A stretch of DNA of 64,000 nucleotides from an uncultured Fluviicola sp. GTDB lineage: Bacteria; Bacteroidota; Bacteroidia; Flavobacteriales_D; Crocinitomicaceae. Location: positions 118,149-182,148 of the forward strand of contig CAZOKJ010000001.1 in assembly GCA_964580465.1 (NCBI GenBank), in the 5' to 3' direction. The notes beneath the pieces were generated by a model. It ran no database searches. It was given only the letters and a program-made list of their open reading frames with translations, and was not told the origin of the DNA. The position numbers and the translations under genes were made by a program. Shown piece by piece: positions 46,313 through 56,960 of this stretch (position 1 is its first letter; each line of letters opens with the position of its first letter).

Positions 46313-46343
46313 TTTGTAGTTATTAAATTAATTTGTATATTTG
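46313..46343 (+). promoter_or_regulatory. Bacteroidota-type promoter of rimP-nusA-infB
   Basis: TTTG (46313..46316), a 19-nt spacer, then TATATTTG (46336..46343). Confidence 0.65.
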
Positions 46344-46371
46344 CACATCTTAAGTAGAAAAAAGAAGGAGG

Positions 46372-46397
46372 AGAGGGGACGAAAGTCCCCTCTTTTT
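46372..46397 (+). terminator. Terminator-like GC-rich hairpin (GAAA tetraloop plus UUUU) in the rimP leader
   Basis: agaggggac GAAA gtcccctct then tttt. It lies about 25 nt downstream of the predicted start site and 11 nt upstream of the rimP ATG. Confidence 0.6.
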
Positions 46398-46407
46398 ATG
46401 ATACAAT

Positions 46408-46884
46408 ATGATAAGCAAAGGAAAAGTTGAGGAATTGATAAATGAACGCATTGCCGAGTTGGACAATGGTTTGTTTGTGGTAGAGTTATCCATCTCTTCA
46501 TCAAATGTTATTACAGTTGAGTTGGATAAACATGTTGGAGGAGTTACAGTTGATGATTGTATTTCAGTTTCTCGTAATATTGAGCACAATTTAGACCGCG
46601 AAGCGTTGGATTTTGAATTAAATGTTTCATCAGCAGGTTTAGATCGACCATTGAGAGTATTACCTCAGTATGTTAAAAACATAGGGCGCACAGTTAAGGT
46701 TGTAAAAATCGACGGTAGCAAACTAGAAGGAGTGATGACCCAAGCTACAGAGGCTGGGATCGTCATTGAGAATTCACGCAAAGAAAAAGTGGAAGGCTCA
46801 AAAAAGAAAGAAGTTATTGTGGAGCAACATACGTTGCCATTTAGCGATATAAAAGAAACAAAAATTGTTATTACATTTAAATAG
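46408..46884 (+). CDS. rimP: Ribosome maturation factor RimP
   Basis: 158 aa. Conserved position upstream of nusA. VSSAGLDRPL motif. Confidence 0.9.
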   Translation: MISKGKVEELINERIAELDNGLFVVELSISSSNVITVELDKHVGGVTVDDCISVSRNIEHNLDREALDFELNVSSAGLDRPLRVLPQYVKNIGRTVKVVKIDGSKLEGVMTQATEAGIVIENSRKEKVEGSKKKEVIVEQHTLPFSDIKETKIVITFK

Positions 46885-46890
46885 TTTAAT

Positions 46891-48126
46891 ATGAATAGCT
46901 CTGAATTGGTAGAATCGTTTTCGGAATTCAAAGAATTAAAAAACATCGATAAACAAACGATGCAACATGTTTTAGAAGACGTGTTTCGTGCGATGTTAAA
47001 AAGGAAATTTAACACAGATGAACACATTGATGTTGTTGTAAACATTGATAAAGGAGACGTTCAGATTTTCATTCAAAAAGAAGTAGTGGATGATGGAGAG
47101 GTGGAAGATCCAAACATGGAGATTTCTTATTCAGATGCTATTAAAATTGAGCCAGATTTCGAGATTGGAGAAGAAGTAACAGAAGAATTCAAATTTGCTG
47201 ACTTCGGACGAAGAAACATTTTGTCATTGCGTCAAAATTTGATTTCTCGCATCATGGAGTTAGAAAAAGATAATCTTTACAAGGAATACAAAGAACGAGT
47301 TGGGGAGATTATTACAGGTGAAGTTTATCAAGTTTGGAAAAAAGAAATTTTGGTATTGGATGATGAGCAAAATGAGTTGATTTTGCCTAAATCAGAACAA
47401 ATACCTTCAGATTTCTTTAAAAAAGGAGAAACAATCCGTGCAGTTGTTTCTAAAGTAGATATGCGTAATGCACAACCAACAATTATTTTGTCTCGTACAG
47501 CGCCAGAATTCTTAGAACGCTTGTTTGAACAAGAGGTTCCAGAAGTATTTGATGGGTTGATTACGATTAAGAAAATTGTTCGTGAGCCAGGAGAACGTGC
47601 TAAAGTAGCAGTAGAATCGTATGATGATCGTATTGACCCAGTGGGTGCGTGCGTTGGTATGAAAGGTTCACGTATTCATGGAATTGTTCGTGAGTTGAGA
47701 AACGAAAATATTGATGTTATCAACTACACAACAAATGCTCAATTATTTATTCAACGTGCTTTGTCACCAGCTAAGATTTCTTCTATCGAAATTTTAGAAG
47801 AAGTGAAAAGAGCGCGTGTTTATTTGCGTCCAGATCAAGTTTCTTTAGCAATTGGTAAGGGAGGACACAACATTAAATTGGCAGGTCGTTTAACGGGGTA
47901 TGAATTAGATGTATACCGTGAAGGCGAAGTTGATGTTGATGATGTTGATTTGGAAGAATTTGCAGATGAAATCGATGGATGGATCATTGATGAATTGAAG
48001 TCAATTGGATGTGATACTGCTAAATCAGTGTTGGAAATCAGTGTAGAAGATTTGGTTCACCGTACAGATTTAGAAGAGGAAACAATTGAAGAGGTCTTTA
48101 GAATTTTACGTTCTGAATTTGAGTAA
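46891..48126 (+). CDS. nusA: Transcription termination/antitermination factor NusA
   Basis: 411 aa. S1 domain (GEIITGEVYQV) and KH domains (DPVGACVGMKGSRI, AIGKGGHNIKLA). Confidence 0.97.
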   Translation: MNSSELVESFSEFKELKNIDKQTMQHVLEDVFRAMLKRKFNTDEHIDVVVNIDKGDVQIFIQKEVVDDGEVEDPNMEISYSDAIKIEPDFEIGEEVTEEFKFADFGRRNILSLRQNLISRIMELEKDNLYKEYKERVGEIITGEVYQVWKKEILVLDDEQNELILPKSEQIPSDFFKKGETIRAVVSKVDMRNAQPTIILSRTAPEFLERLFEQEVPEVFDGLITIKKIVREPGERAKVAVESYDDRIDPVGACVGMKGSRIHGIVRELRNENIDVINYTTNAQLFIQRALSPAKISSIEILEEVKRARVYLRPDQVSLAIGKGGHNIKLAGRLTGYELDVYREGEVDVDDVDLEEFADEIDGWIIDELKSIGCDTAKSVLEISVEDLVHRTDLEEETIEEVFRILRSEFE

Positions 48127-48189
48127 TCAAATAAAATTACGTATATTTATTGATTATTATTTAAAAAGTATAAAAGTACGCACAATTAT

Positions 48190-51075
48190 ATGGCGGGAAA
48201 ACCAATAAGATTAGGAAAAGCAGCAGGAGAACTCAACGTGGGTATTCATACTATCGTTGAATTTTTAGGAACAAAAGGAATTGCTATTGAGTCAAATCCA
48301 AACTTTAAGTTGGAGGAGGATCAATATGGCATGTTGCGTGAAGCTTTTGCTGCTGATCATGATTTCAAAGAAAAAACGAAACAAAACTTAGGAAAGCGTG
48401 AAAAACGCGAAACAATTTCATTAGCTGATTCTCGTGAAGAAGAAAAAGTAGTGGAAACGCCTAAGGTTGTAGAAACACCTAAGGTTGTAGAAACACCTAA
48501 GGCTCCAGAGGTGGTTGAAACCAAACCTGAGCCAGAAATTGTTGCTCCCGTAGTTGAACCAGAAGTTGTTGCTGAACCGGTAGTTGAAGCTAAAGTAGAA
48601 GCTCCAAAAGAAGAAGTAAGCGAAAAGCCTGCAGTAGAAACAGTTGTAGAGCCTGCTAAAGAAGTTGAGCAGTCAGTAGGGAGTGAGGTTAAAGTTCAAA
48701 TTTTAGGTAAAATTGATTTGGATGCTTTAAATACGAAAACGCGTCCAGATAAAAAGAAAAAAGAAGCACAACCTGCTAAAAAAGAAATAGCAAATCCTGT
48801 AAAATCGGAGCAATCAAAGCAGGAACCAGTAGCTCCAGTTAAAGAGGAAAAAGTGGTTGAACCAGTTCAAGAAAAGGAGGTAACTCCAGAAATTGAAATG
48901 ATTCGAGTACAAAGCCAAACATTAACTGGACCAAAAGTTGTTGGTAAGATTGAACTGCCAGTTGAAAAACCTAAAACTTCAGGTAATTCAAATGCGGATA
49001 GAAAAAAACGTAAGCGTATTAAGAAAATTGATGTTAATAAGCAAGCGCAACAGCAACAACAAGCTTCTGAAAATCAAAATCAAAGCCAAAATCAAAATAG
49101 AGGAGGTAATAGACCATCAGGGAATTCACATCACAAAAAAGGTGGTGCTCCAAGAGTTGAAAAAGTTGAGATTTCGGAACAAGATATCCAACGCGAAATC
49201 AAAGAAACGATGGCTCGCCTTTCTAATAAAGGTACAAAGTCTTCAAAAGGAGCAAAAAATCGTAAAGCAAAACGCGATATTTTTCAGCAAAGAAGACAAG
49301 AAGAAGAGCTTGCTGCTGAATTAGAAAGCAAAATCTTAAAAATTACAGAGTTCGTTACAGTTTCTGAATTGGCAACAATGATGAATGTTCAAGCAACTCA
49401 AGTTATTGGTACATGTATGTCTTTAGGAATTTTTGCTTCTATTAACCAACGTTTGGATGCTGAAACAATTCAAATTGTAGCGGATGAATATGGTTATGAA
49501 GTGGAATTCGTAAGTGCAGAAGTACAGGATGCTATCCCTGTTGTTGAAGATAAAGAAGAAGATTTGGTTGCTCGCCCTCCAATTATTACGGTTATGGGAC
49601 ACGTTGACCACGGTAAAACTTCTTTGTTAGACAAAATTCGTAATGCAAACGTTACAGAAGGTGAAGCAGGGGGAATTACTCAGCACATTGGTGCGTACTC
49701 AGTGGTTAAGGATGGTAAACGATTGACATTCCTTGATACTCCAGGTCACGAAGCCTTTACGGCAATGCGTGCTCGTGGTGCTCAAGTTACTGACGTTGCA
49801 ATTATCATTGTGGCGGCGGATGACGATGTGATGCCTCAAACAAAAGAAGCAATCTCTCACGCTCAAGCAGCGGGAGTTCCAATGGTTTTTGCAATTAATA
49901 AAATTGATAAACCAGCAGCAAATGCTGATAAAATTAGAGAGCAATTGTCTCAAATGAATATCTTGGTTGAAGAATGGGGTGGTCAATATCAATCTCAGGA
50001 AATTTCTGCTAAACAAAATTTGAACATCGATTTATTGCTTGAAAAAGTATTGTTAGAAGCTGAAATTTTAGATTTAAAAGCAAATCCTAAGAAAAACGCT
50101 GTTGGTGTTGTAATTGAATCTTCTTTGGACAAAGGAAAAGGATATGTAACAAACATGTTGGTGGAAGCAGGTACTTTACATATCGGTGATATCGTTCTTG
50201 TGGGTAGAAACTATGGTAGAGTTCGTGCTATGCACGATGAAAAAGGTAGAGCTTTAAAAGAAGCTGGACCATCAACGCCTGTATCTATCTTGGGTATTAA
50301 CGGAGCACCTAACGCCGGTGATAAGTTCAACGTAATGGATGATGAACGCGAAGCTAAATCAATTGCATCTAAACGTGAACAGTTGTATAGAGAGCAAGGT
50401 TTACGTACAACTAAACATATTACATTAGATGAAATTGGACGTCGTTTGGCAATTGGTGACTTTAAAGAGTTGAACATCATTGTGAAAGGTGACGTGGACG
50501 GATCTGTTGAAGCATTGTCTGATTCATTGTTGAAATTATCTACTGAAGAAATTCAAGTAAATATTATTCATAAAGGAGTAGGTGCAATTTCTGAGGCTGA
50601 TATCAACTTGGCATCTGCTTCGGATGCAATTATTATTGGTTTCCAAGTTAGACCTGTAGTTTCTGCAAGAAAATTAGCAGAAACAGAACAAATTGATATT
50701 CGTTTGTACTCTGTAATTTACAAGGCAATTGAAGAAATAAAATCTGCAATGGAAGGTATGTTATCTCCAGACATTGAAGAACAAATTACAGGTTCTGCTG
50801 AAGTTCGTGAAACATTTAACATTACAAAAGTTGGAACAATTGCTGGATGTTTTGTACTAGATGGAATTATTAAGCGCAATTCTAAAGTACGTATTATCCG
50901 CGACGGAATCGTTGTTCATACAGGTGCTTTAGGATCGTTAAAACGTTTCAAAGACGACGTCAAAGAAGTGAAAAATAACTACGAATGTGGGTTGAACATT
51001 GATAAATTTAATGATATACAAATCGGTGATATCATCGAAGCGTTCGAAGAAGTTGAAGTAGCTAGAAAATTATAG
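48190..51075 (+). CDS. infB: Translation initiation factor IF-2
   Basis: 961 aa. G-domain [20 protein letters not shown] and NKID motifs. Low-complexity Lys/Glu/Pro/Val N-terminal region. Confidence 0.98.
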   Translation: MAGKPIRLGKAAGELNVGIHTIVEFLGTKGIAIESNPNFKLEEDQYGMLREAFAADHDFKEKTKQNLGKREKRETISLADSREEEKVVETPKVVETPKVVETPKAPEVVETKPEPEIVAPVVEPEVVAEPVVEAKVEAPKEEVSEKPAVETVVEPAKEVEQSVGSEVKVQILGKIDLDALNTKTRPDKKKKEAQPAKKEIANPVKSEQSKQEPVAPVKEEKVVEPVQEKEVTPEIEMIRVQSQTLTGPKVVGKIELPVEKPKTSGNSNADRKKRKRIKKIDVNKQAQQQQQASENQNQSQNQNRGGNRPSGNSHHKKGGAPRVEKVEISEQDIQREIKETMARLSNKGTKSSKGAKNRKAKRDIFQQRRQEEELAAELESKILKITEFVTVSELATMMNVQATQVIGTCMSLGIFASINQRLDAETIQIVADEYGYEVEFVSAEVQDAIPVVEDKEEDLVARPPIITVMGHVDHGKTSLLDKIRNANVTEGEAGGITQHIGAYSVVKDGKRLTFLDTPGHEAFTAMRARGAQVTDVAIIIVAADDDVMPQTKEAISHAQAAGVPMVFAINKIDKPAANADKIREQLSQMNILVEEWGGQYQSQEISAKQNLNIDLLLEKVLLEAEILDLKANPKKNAVGVVIESSLDKGKGYVTNMLVEAGTLHIGDIVLVGRNYGRVRAMHDEKGRALKEAGPSTPVSILGINGAPNAGDKFNVMDDEREAKSIASKREQLYREQGLRTTKHITLDEIGRRLAIGDFKELNIIVKGDVDGSVEALSDSLLKLSTEEIQVNIIHKGVGAISEADINLASASDAIIIGFQVRPVVSARKLAETEQIDIRLYSVIYKAIEEIKSAMEGMLSPDIEEQITGSAEVRETFNITKVGTIAGCFVLDGIIKRNSKVRIIRDGIVVHTGALGSLKRFKDDVKEVKNNYECGLNIDKFNDIQIGDIIEAFEEVEVARKL
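48451..48504 (+). repeat. Three tandem 18-bp units in infB (VETPKV x3)
   Basis: gtggaaacgcctaaggtt / gtagaaacacctaaggtt / gtagaaacacctaaggct. Confidence 0.9.
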
Positions 51076-51110
51076 GAATTGTCCTGAATTTTTATTATCT
51101 TTAAACCATT

Positions 51111-51599
51111 ATGATTGGTGAAAAGATAAAAATGATACAAATGCCGTTTTTTATCTTTATGATAGGGACGGCATTTCTTTTTTCATGCTCTGAAAAATTA
51201 ATAGAGGATGAACGCTTGGTGAAAATGTTTGATAAATACATGGACATCGATGATGAGCTGAAAATCCATAAAGATACGGTCTATGCTTATTGTTCCACAA
51301 ATGATATACCATTGATTACAAATGAAATTTGTGTATTGCAACAAAACAAGTTGACTAAACGCTTTTTTTCAAAAACCATCACTGCAATGGAACAAAATAT
51401 ATTGGAAGAGGTGTGGATGTCTCCAGGTCAACATCCCATTTTTTATTTAAAAAAGGAAGAACGAAACGATAAAATTTACTATCACTTATTGTGTCAAAAT
51501 AAAAAGGTTGTGTCTGAATTTTTAAATGGTGATGTTGTGTATTCAAAAAAGCAAAATGATTGGTTGTACGTTATATTAACGAATAGTTCAATTAACTAG
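51111..51599 (+). CDS. Hypothetical lipoprotein
   Basis: 162 aa. Lipobox-like AFLFSC. No recognised motif. The start is uncertain. Confidence 0.5.
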   Translation: MIGEKIKMIQMPFFIFMIGTAFLFSCSEKLIEDERLVKMFDKYMDIDDELKIHKDTVYAYCSTNDIPLITNEICVLQQNKLTKRFFSKTITAMEQNILEEVWMSPGQHPIFYLKKEERNDKIYYHLLCQNKKVVSEFLNGDVVYSKKQNDWLYVILTNSSIN

Positions 51600-51674
51600 C
51601 TTGATACTTAACATTTTATTTTATTAATTTTTCAAGTTTTTCAAGAAATGTGTTGTTTTTTTGTTTAGTTTTTA

Positions 51675-51682
51675 TATATTTG
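51675..51682 (+). promoter_or_regulatory. -7 promoter box (TATATTTG) upstream of the small membrane protein gene
   Basis: Exact TAnnTTTG match, with TTG 19 nt upstream (51653..51655). Confidence 0.45.
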
Positions 51683-51698
51683 CTATTCACTAAACAAA

Positions 51699-51926
51699 TT
51701 GACGCTTATGAGAACACAGAACAACCTAAAGCAAGGGCTACTTATAGATATGCTCGGCGCTTTAATAGTTGCAGCCTATTTTGGTATTTATTTAATTGAC
51801 AATTCTGTTGGATTAGTGAAAGCTTCAATTATTTTGTTGGTTTCTTTTTCAGCAGTTTTTTATTCAATTTTTTCAGCCAAACGTTATCTTAAATTAAAAA
51901 AAGAGATGGCTGTTCAGTCGATTTAA
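51699..51926 (+). CDS. Small two-helix membrane protein, hypothetical
   Basis: 75 aa from the TTG start (ATG alternative at 51708). Two hydrophobic helices (LGALIVAAYFGIYLI, SIILLVSFSAVFYSIF). Confidence 0.45.
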   Translation: MTLMRTQNNLKQGLLIDMLGALIVAAYFGIYLIDNSVGLVKASIILLVSFSAVFYSIFSAKRYLKLKKEMAVQSI

Positions 51927-51958
51927 CTTATTTAAGTTATAGTGAATTGGGGAGTAAT

Positions 51959-51988
51959 TAAGAGGTCTGATTTTAATCAGGCCTCTTA
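51959..51988. terminator. Bidirectional terminator hairpin overlapping the kinase stop codon
   Basis: taagaggtctga / tcaggcctctta forms a stem of about 12 bp (one G:U) with a short AT loop. Confidence 0.7.
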
Positions 51989-54900
51989 TGTTTTAATACA
52001 ATACTAAATTGTGTACCAATCTGTTTTTCTGAGGTTACTTCTATGTGCCCCTTATGATTGGTTATTATTTGTTTTACCATCGCTAAACCGATGCCAGAAC
52101 CTGTTGATTTTGTTGTGAAGTATGGAGTGAAAATCTTCTTTAATTCTTCTTCGTCCATCCCAATGCCATTGTCTTTAACTTGAATTACTAAGTCATTTTT
52201 TTCATGATTTAGTTTTATTTGAATCATTCCAGCATCGTTTTCAGAGGTCGCTTGAACGGCATTTTTAATAAGGTTGTTAAAGACCCTTAACATTTGTTCT
52301 TTATCTGCATGTATTATTGATGACTTCGGTAAATCTAAAATGATTGCCGATTTTGTTTCGCTTTGAAATAGCTCAGCCGATCTTCTAATAACTTGAACGA
52401 TATCAACCTCTTCAAACAATGGTATGGGCATTTTAGCAAAGTTTGAAAATTCAGTGGCAATTTTTGCCAAAGAATCAATCTGTTCAATGAGCGATTCACT
52501 AACTTTTTTAATTTTTGTTTCTATTAACGGATCATTTGGATCAAAAGAACGAACCAAATGTTGAACAGAAAGCTTCATTGGTGTTAATGGATTCTTTATT
52601 TCATGTGCAATTTGTTTAGCCATGTCTCTCCAAGCTGACTCACGCTCACTCTGTGCTAACTGCTGGGCAGCAAGCTCCAATTCTTCTATTTTTTTATTGT
52701 AGCTATTAACTAATTCCCCAATTTCATCATTGTAAGCGTATTCAATAGGTTGGTTCGATTGTTGGATATTAATTTTTGAAATACGTTCTTTTAAAATCCG
52801 CAATGGATTGGTTATCCAATTGGCAATTAATATCGCGAAAACAGCAGACAATGCTAATAACAGTACGAATACATTGACAATTGACACAATGAATTGTTGT
52901 ATTTGATTCTCAATTTCTTCTTGCTGACCAAATTGTTGAAGATTAATGTATCCTAAAATATTTCCTGTTGGATTATATAAGGAAGAATAAGCTGAACTAT
53001 AAGTAAGATTACCGATGTTTTCCTCGTTCACAAAATCTGTGTGCTTTAATACAGATAACTCATTTTTAGCTATTGGATTAATTTGTTCACTTAATAATCC
53101 GTAATTAAAAATCTTTTGTCTTGAAGTGCTAACAAGAAATCCTTCAGGATCATAGAAATTTATATCAGCGTTAAAAGTTTTCGATAATTGTGTTAGGTAG
53201 TAATTCATTGCTACTCCGTGGTGGTGGATGTCAATGTATTTATATTTTCCCCATTTTGATTTCATTTCAGTTTCCACCGAATGTACTTTTTCTTCTAATG
53301 CTTTTGAACTGTACTCTTTGTACTGATTTTTAACAAAAAAGCTACTTCCTACACCTATTGTTATGAGTGTTACAAGTATTATCCCAATTAAAGTCATTTG
53401 TATTTTTCCTGCCAACGTACTGTTTTTACCAGTAAACCACACAGAATAGTAACGAACATATATGGGCAAAAGCATTAACCCAAAAAGACAAAATAAATAA
53501 GAAAAAGAGGAGGCAATATCAACTAAACCAATGTTTTTTTCGGATAAAATGATGCTGTCATCTTTTGATTTTTTATAGACCAAGTGATTGTATCCTTTGA
53601 AATTAAAGTTTTCATTCATTAAAGTATGATCTTTGTTTAATACCGAAAAATTGGAGGGGTAATTAAACGATCCATAATAAGATACCAGTTTGTTATTATG
53701 ATATTTAGCAATTGAATATTTTTCTAAATGCTTTAAAATTCCTGCTTGCGATGAGATTAACAACCTCGGAAACCCGATTTCTTCCGGTATTTTCTTAGAC
53801 TTTAATGTGATGTACAATGTTGCCTTTTCACTGTTTCTACCGTACAAGTTTTGGCGAATAAGATAACTATATTGTTGCGTATAGTCTTTTACATAATGAA
53901 TCGAAGGGTTGATTTCAGACGTTTCACAATTGTTTTGAATGATATCTTCTAATTCTTTTATTGCTTCATGTCCATTTCCTTGAATTTCTATAACAGAGCT
54001 ACTATCTTCTCTTATTAAGTAAAAGTTTAGCTCATATTTTTCCCAAAAACCATTAAAATGTCTTCGCTCCATTCCGTCGTCAAAGTCTTTTTGCTGGAAT
54101 GTTTTTCCAGAGCTTATCATTCTTTGAATGAATTTATCATCTAAAATAGGTTTGACTATTTTGACAAATTCAACCTCCATGTTGATGTCACGCTCTGTTA
54201 CTAATTGGCTAGCATATAATTCACGTTCACTTTTGTCTTTTCGTTTGTTGAATTCTACGATAAGTAGGGCACTTGTTAGTGAATACAATGCTAATAGTAG
54301 CATCCCAATAATGAGGTGCTTTTGTGTAAATTCTTTGTATTCTAAGTACAATACCATGAGGATGAATATCCCTGGGAAAATAGCAGAAATTCCAATGTGG
54401 TTAATAAACAATTGATCTAAAACACCTACGAATACACTTGTTGTGGCTATAATTAAGACAGCTTGTTTTAATTGAAATCCTACAATTTTAAATGCGGTAA
54501 TCGTTGTTTTCGTTATAATAAAAAAGACAAAGCCTAGTATGGCAAGATTTATCAAAGCAATCATTGAATAGATATTCAATTGAAATACATGTTCTATATG
54601 CATTGCAATACTTGAGTTTTCTATGATACCTTTGAACAAATAGACGACAAAAAACCATGTCAAGTAAGTTGCTATTAATAACGTTATTGCTACACCTTTC
54701 TTTATGGCATTCTTTTGCGCGTTTATTACTTGGTAGAAATAATAGGCTAATACAAGCAAAATCATTACATTGATTGTTAGATCTAACAAGTTTGGGAAAA
54801 AGAAACTTGTTCCATACAAACTTGCTTGCACGATTTCAATATCGCCAAAGTTAGATGTCCAAGAAAAGTATAAAGAAATGTAGCGAATGCCGAGCAGAAT

Positions 54901-55590
54901 GATTGGGAATATGTATGGGTGTTTCTTACCTTTTATAATGGACCAAAAAGCAGCTTGCCAAGTTACAACGCTTAATGAGCAAAGTAACAAAAAGGATAGA
55001 ATAATTGCTTGAGTTGTCGTTATTGGTTGGTAATCATTAACAAATATAGAAAATAGGTATTGTTGATGTTCGTTGTATATTGGAAAACCTACATTTTGAT
55101 CGAGGGAAATGTGAGACTTTAATTTTGTTTTAAATGGTGGAACAAAATCATTATTTAAGTAGTTGTTTTGATACGAGTATTCGTTTTTAATTGGTAAAGT
55201 TATTGCTATGGTAAACCCTTCCTTTTCTAATGTTTTGATATAATACCAACCATTTTGAGCTTTCGTGATTCCTTTTGTTGGAAAGTGTATATCACTAAAT
55301 TTTGAAACAGGAAGTTTATTAGTATTCCAGTATATTAATGTGTCTTGCTTATAAACGTGAATGTATAAATCATCATTTTTTGGAATTTCTCTTATTGATT
55401 TTTTAGAAAGTGTTTTTTCAATTTCTTGAAGTAAAACATTCATTTCTTTTTCTTTCTTTTTAAAGTCTTGTTCGACTTTTGTTAATTCAGAAAAATGATT
55501 GGTACTTTTTATTGAATAGAAATACACAACAAATCCGATTGTACTCATTAAGAATACTAACCACCATTTATATGTTGTGTGTTTTATCAT
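51973..55590 (-). CDS. Large polytopic sensor histidine kinase (no adjacent response regulator)
   Basis: 1205 aa. Roughly 10 or more TM helices are spread over the first ~900 aa, with two large loop domains. H-box AHEIKNPLTPM, N-box FNNLIKNAVQA, G-boxes DNGIGM and GSGIGLA. Confidence 0.88.
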   Translation of the reverse strand: MIKHTTYKWWLVFLMSTIGFVVYFYSIKSTNHFSELTKVEQDFKKKEKEMNVLLQEIEKTLSKKSIREIPKNDDLYIHVYKQDTLIYWNTNKLPVSKFSDIHFPTKGITKAQNGWYYIKTLEKEGFTIAITLPIKNEYSYQNNYLNNDFVPPFKTKLKSHISLDQNVGFPIYNEHQQYLFSIFVNDYQPITTTQAIILSFLLLCSLSVVTWQAAFWSIIKGKKHPYIFPIILLGIRYISLYFSWTSNFGDIEIVQASLYGTSFFFPNLLDLTINVMILLVLAYYFYQVINAQKNAIKKGVAITLLIATYLTWFFVVYLFKGIIENSSIAMHIEHVFQLNIYSMIALINLAILGFVFFIITKTTITAFKIVGFQLKQAVLIIATTSVFVGVLDQLFINHIGISAIFPGIFILMVLYLEYKEFTQKHLIIGMLLLALYSLTSALLIVEFNKRKDKSERELYASQLVTERDINMEVEFVKIVKPILDDKFIQRMISSGKTFQQKDFDDGMERRHFNGFWEKYELNFYLIREDSSSVIEIQGNGHEAIKELEDIIQNNCETSEINPSIHYVKDYTQQYSYLIRQNLYGRNSEKATLYITLKSKKIPEEIGFPRLLISSQAGILKHLEKYSIAKYHNNKLVSYYGSFNYPSNFSVLNKDHTLMNENFNFKGYNHLVYKKSKDDSIILSEKNIGLVDIASSFSYLFCLFGLMLLPIYVRYYSVWFTGKNSTLAGKIQMTLIGIILVTLITIGVGSSFFVKNQYKEYSSKALEEKVHSVETEMKSKWGKYKYIDIHHHGVAMNYYLTQLSKTFNADINFYDPEGFLVSTSRQKIFNYGLLSEQINPIAKNELSVLKHTDFVNEENIGNLTYSSAYSSLYNPTGNILGYINLQQFGQQEEIENQIQQFIVSIVNVFVLLLALSAVFAILIANWITNPLRILKERISKINIQQSNQPIEYAYNDEIGELVNSYNKKIEELELAAQQLAQSERESAWRDMAKQIAHEIKNPLTPMKLSVQHLVRSFDPNDPLIETKIKKVSESLIEQIDSLAKIATEFSNFAKMPIPLFEEVDIVQVIRRSAELFQSETKSAIILDLPKSSIIHADKEQMLRVFNNLIKNAVQATSENDAGMIQIKLNHEKNDLVIQVKDNGIGMDEEELKKIFTPYFTTKSTGSGIGLAMVKQIITNHKGHIEVTSEKQIGTQFSIVLKHKRPD

Positions 55591-56493
55591 TTAAATGTTA
55601 AATTTTAATATTGTTTTTGAATCAGAAACATTTAAGTGTACATTTTGCCCAAAAATTATTGCCCTGTTGTCATCAATATGCCCAGCAGGGAAATCAAAGC
55701 AAATCGGGATGTTTCTGTATTCAAAATGCTGTAATACTATTTGTTCGATGGTTAATCCAGTAGAGTTAGCAGTTGAGTCTTTTATATCAGTCATTCCTCC
55801 GATTATTAGTCCACTAATAGCATCTAGAACTCCTGCTTTTTTTAATGAATATAACATTCTATCAACAGCATATATTTGTTCCCCGACTTCTTCTATAAAT
55901 AAAATTTTGTTTTTGAAATCTACTTTTATATCGGTACCTAGTAAGCTATACACGATACTGAGATTTCCCCCTATTACTTCTCCGATAGCTTGACCATTTT
56001 TATTGTGTTTGTTGCTTGAAATTGTTATTTCGTATGCTTTCCCTTCTAAACTATCCATCAATGTTTGCAAGGCTTCATTGCTGTTTTGTTGAAAATTTAA
56101 TGGCATTGTAGCATGAATGCTCGGAAGTTCAAATTGGTTCATCAACAAGTGAAAAACAGTAATATCACTAAATCCTACAATCCACTTTGGGTTTCTCAAC
56201 TGACTTGCCCATTGGATTCTATCAACGATTCTAACTGAACCATATCCGCCTCTTGCACAAATAATTGCTTTAATAGCTGGGTTGTCTATGGCCTCTTGAA
56301 AATCTGACATTCTTTCTTGGTCTGTTCCAGAAAAATAGAAATGCGACCCAAGACAATGCTTTCCAATTTCAACCTTGTACCCCTTAAGTTCTAAAAATGC
56401 TTTCGCATTGAGTACGTGCTCAGCTTCTATGGCTTTGGCGGGCGCGATAATTGTAATCAAATCGCCTGGTTGGATGTATGGAATTTTTTGCAT
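55591..56493 (-). CDS. LD-carboxypeptidase (peptidase S66)
   Basis: 300 aa. Nucleophile context VGFSDITVFH, with downstream EE..E and H motifs. Its stop abuts the kinase start codon with a 0-nt gap. Confidence 0.85.
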   Translation of the reverse strand: MQKIPYIQPGDLITIIAPAKAIEAEHVLNAKAFLELKGYKVEIGKHCLGSHFYFSGTDQERMSDFQEAIDNPAIKAIICARGGYGSVRIVDRIQWASQLRNPKWIVGFSDITVFHLLMNQFELPSIHATMPLNFQQNSNEALQTLMDSLEGKAYEITISSNKHNKNGQAIGEVIGGNLSIVYSLLGTDIKVDFKNKILFIEEVGEQIYAVDRMLYSLKKAGVLDAISGLIIGGMTDIKDSTANSTGLTIEQIVLQHFEYRNIPICFDFPAGHIDDNRAIIFGQNVHLNVSDSKTILKFNI

Positions 56494-56558
56494 AGTATTT
56501 TTTCAAGTATAAATGTACACAATACTAGCAAATTTAACGCCATTTTTGTAAAATACTT

Positions 56559-56918
56559 TTATACTGTTGGAAAAAATGCATCTTCTATGTGTTCTATGTT
56601 TGTTCTGTAAGAATTGTGGATTATCGAAACAATGTCAAAGCGAACATCAATCCATAAGTTTTTCAGTTTTACATAATAATCAGCTGTTTCAATTATTTGT
56701 CGTTGTTTTTTCTTGGTAACAGCTAAGTAAGGTTCTCCTATAACAGCTGTTTCTCTTGTTTTAACTTCGCAAACAATTAGCTGATTATCTTTTTCAGCAA
56801 CAATATCTACTTCAAATTTTTTAAACCTAAAGTTTCGTTGTTTGATTTGGTATCCTTTTTCTTCTAGGAGTTTAGCCGCGAGGTCCTCTCCGTATTTACC
56901 GAGTTCTGTGTGTGTCAT
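56559..56918 (-). CDS. yraN: YraN-family (UPF0102) endonuclease-like protein
   Basis: The start is moved to MTHTELGKYGEDLAAKLLEEKGY. The longer ORF (to 56978) would include the recA terminator hairpin. EVDIVA...VCEVKTR core. Confidence 0.8.
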   Translation of the reverse strand: MTHTELGKYGEDLAAKLLEEKGYQIKQRNFRFKKFEVDIVAEKDNQLIVCEVKTRETAVIGEPYLAVTKKKQRQIIETADYYVKLKNLWIDVRFDIVSIIHNSYRTNIEHIEDAFFPTV

Positions 56919-56960
56919 AATGGTTTGTTGTTTTGAGTAGTTATCATCTAATTCGTTATA

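Noticed and set aside
46350-46589. 79-aa minus-strand ORF spanning the rimP leader and start
   Set aside because: It overlaps the rimP coding sequence and the leader hairpin, and it has no promoter or recognisable product.
48938-49324. 128-aa alternative-frame ORF within infB
   Set aside because: It is a Lys-rich frame produced by the A-rich low-complexity region of IF-2. The IF-2 frame is continuous and strongly supported.
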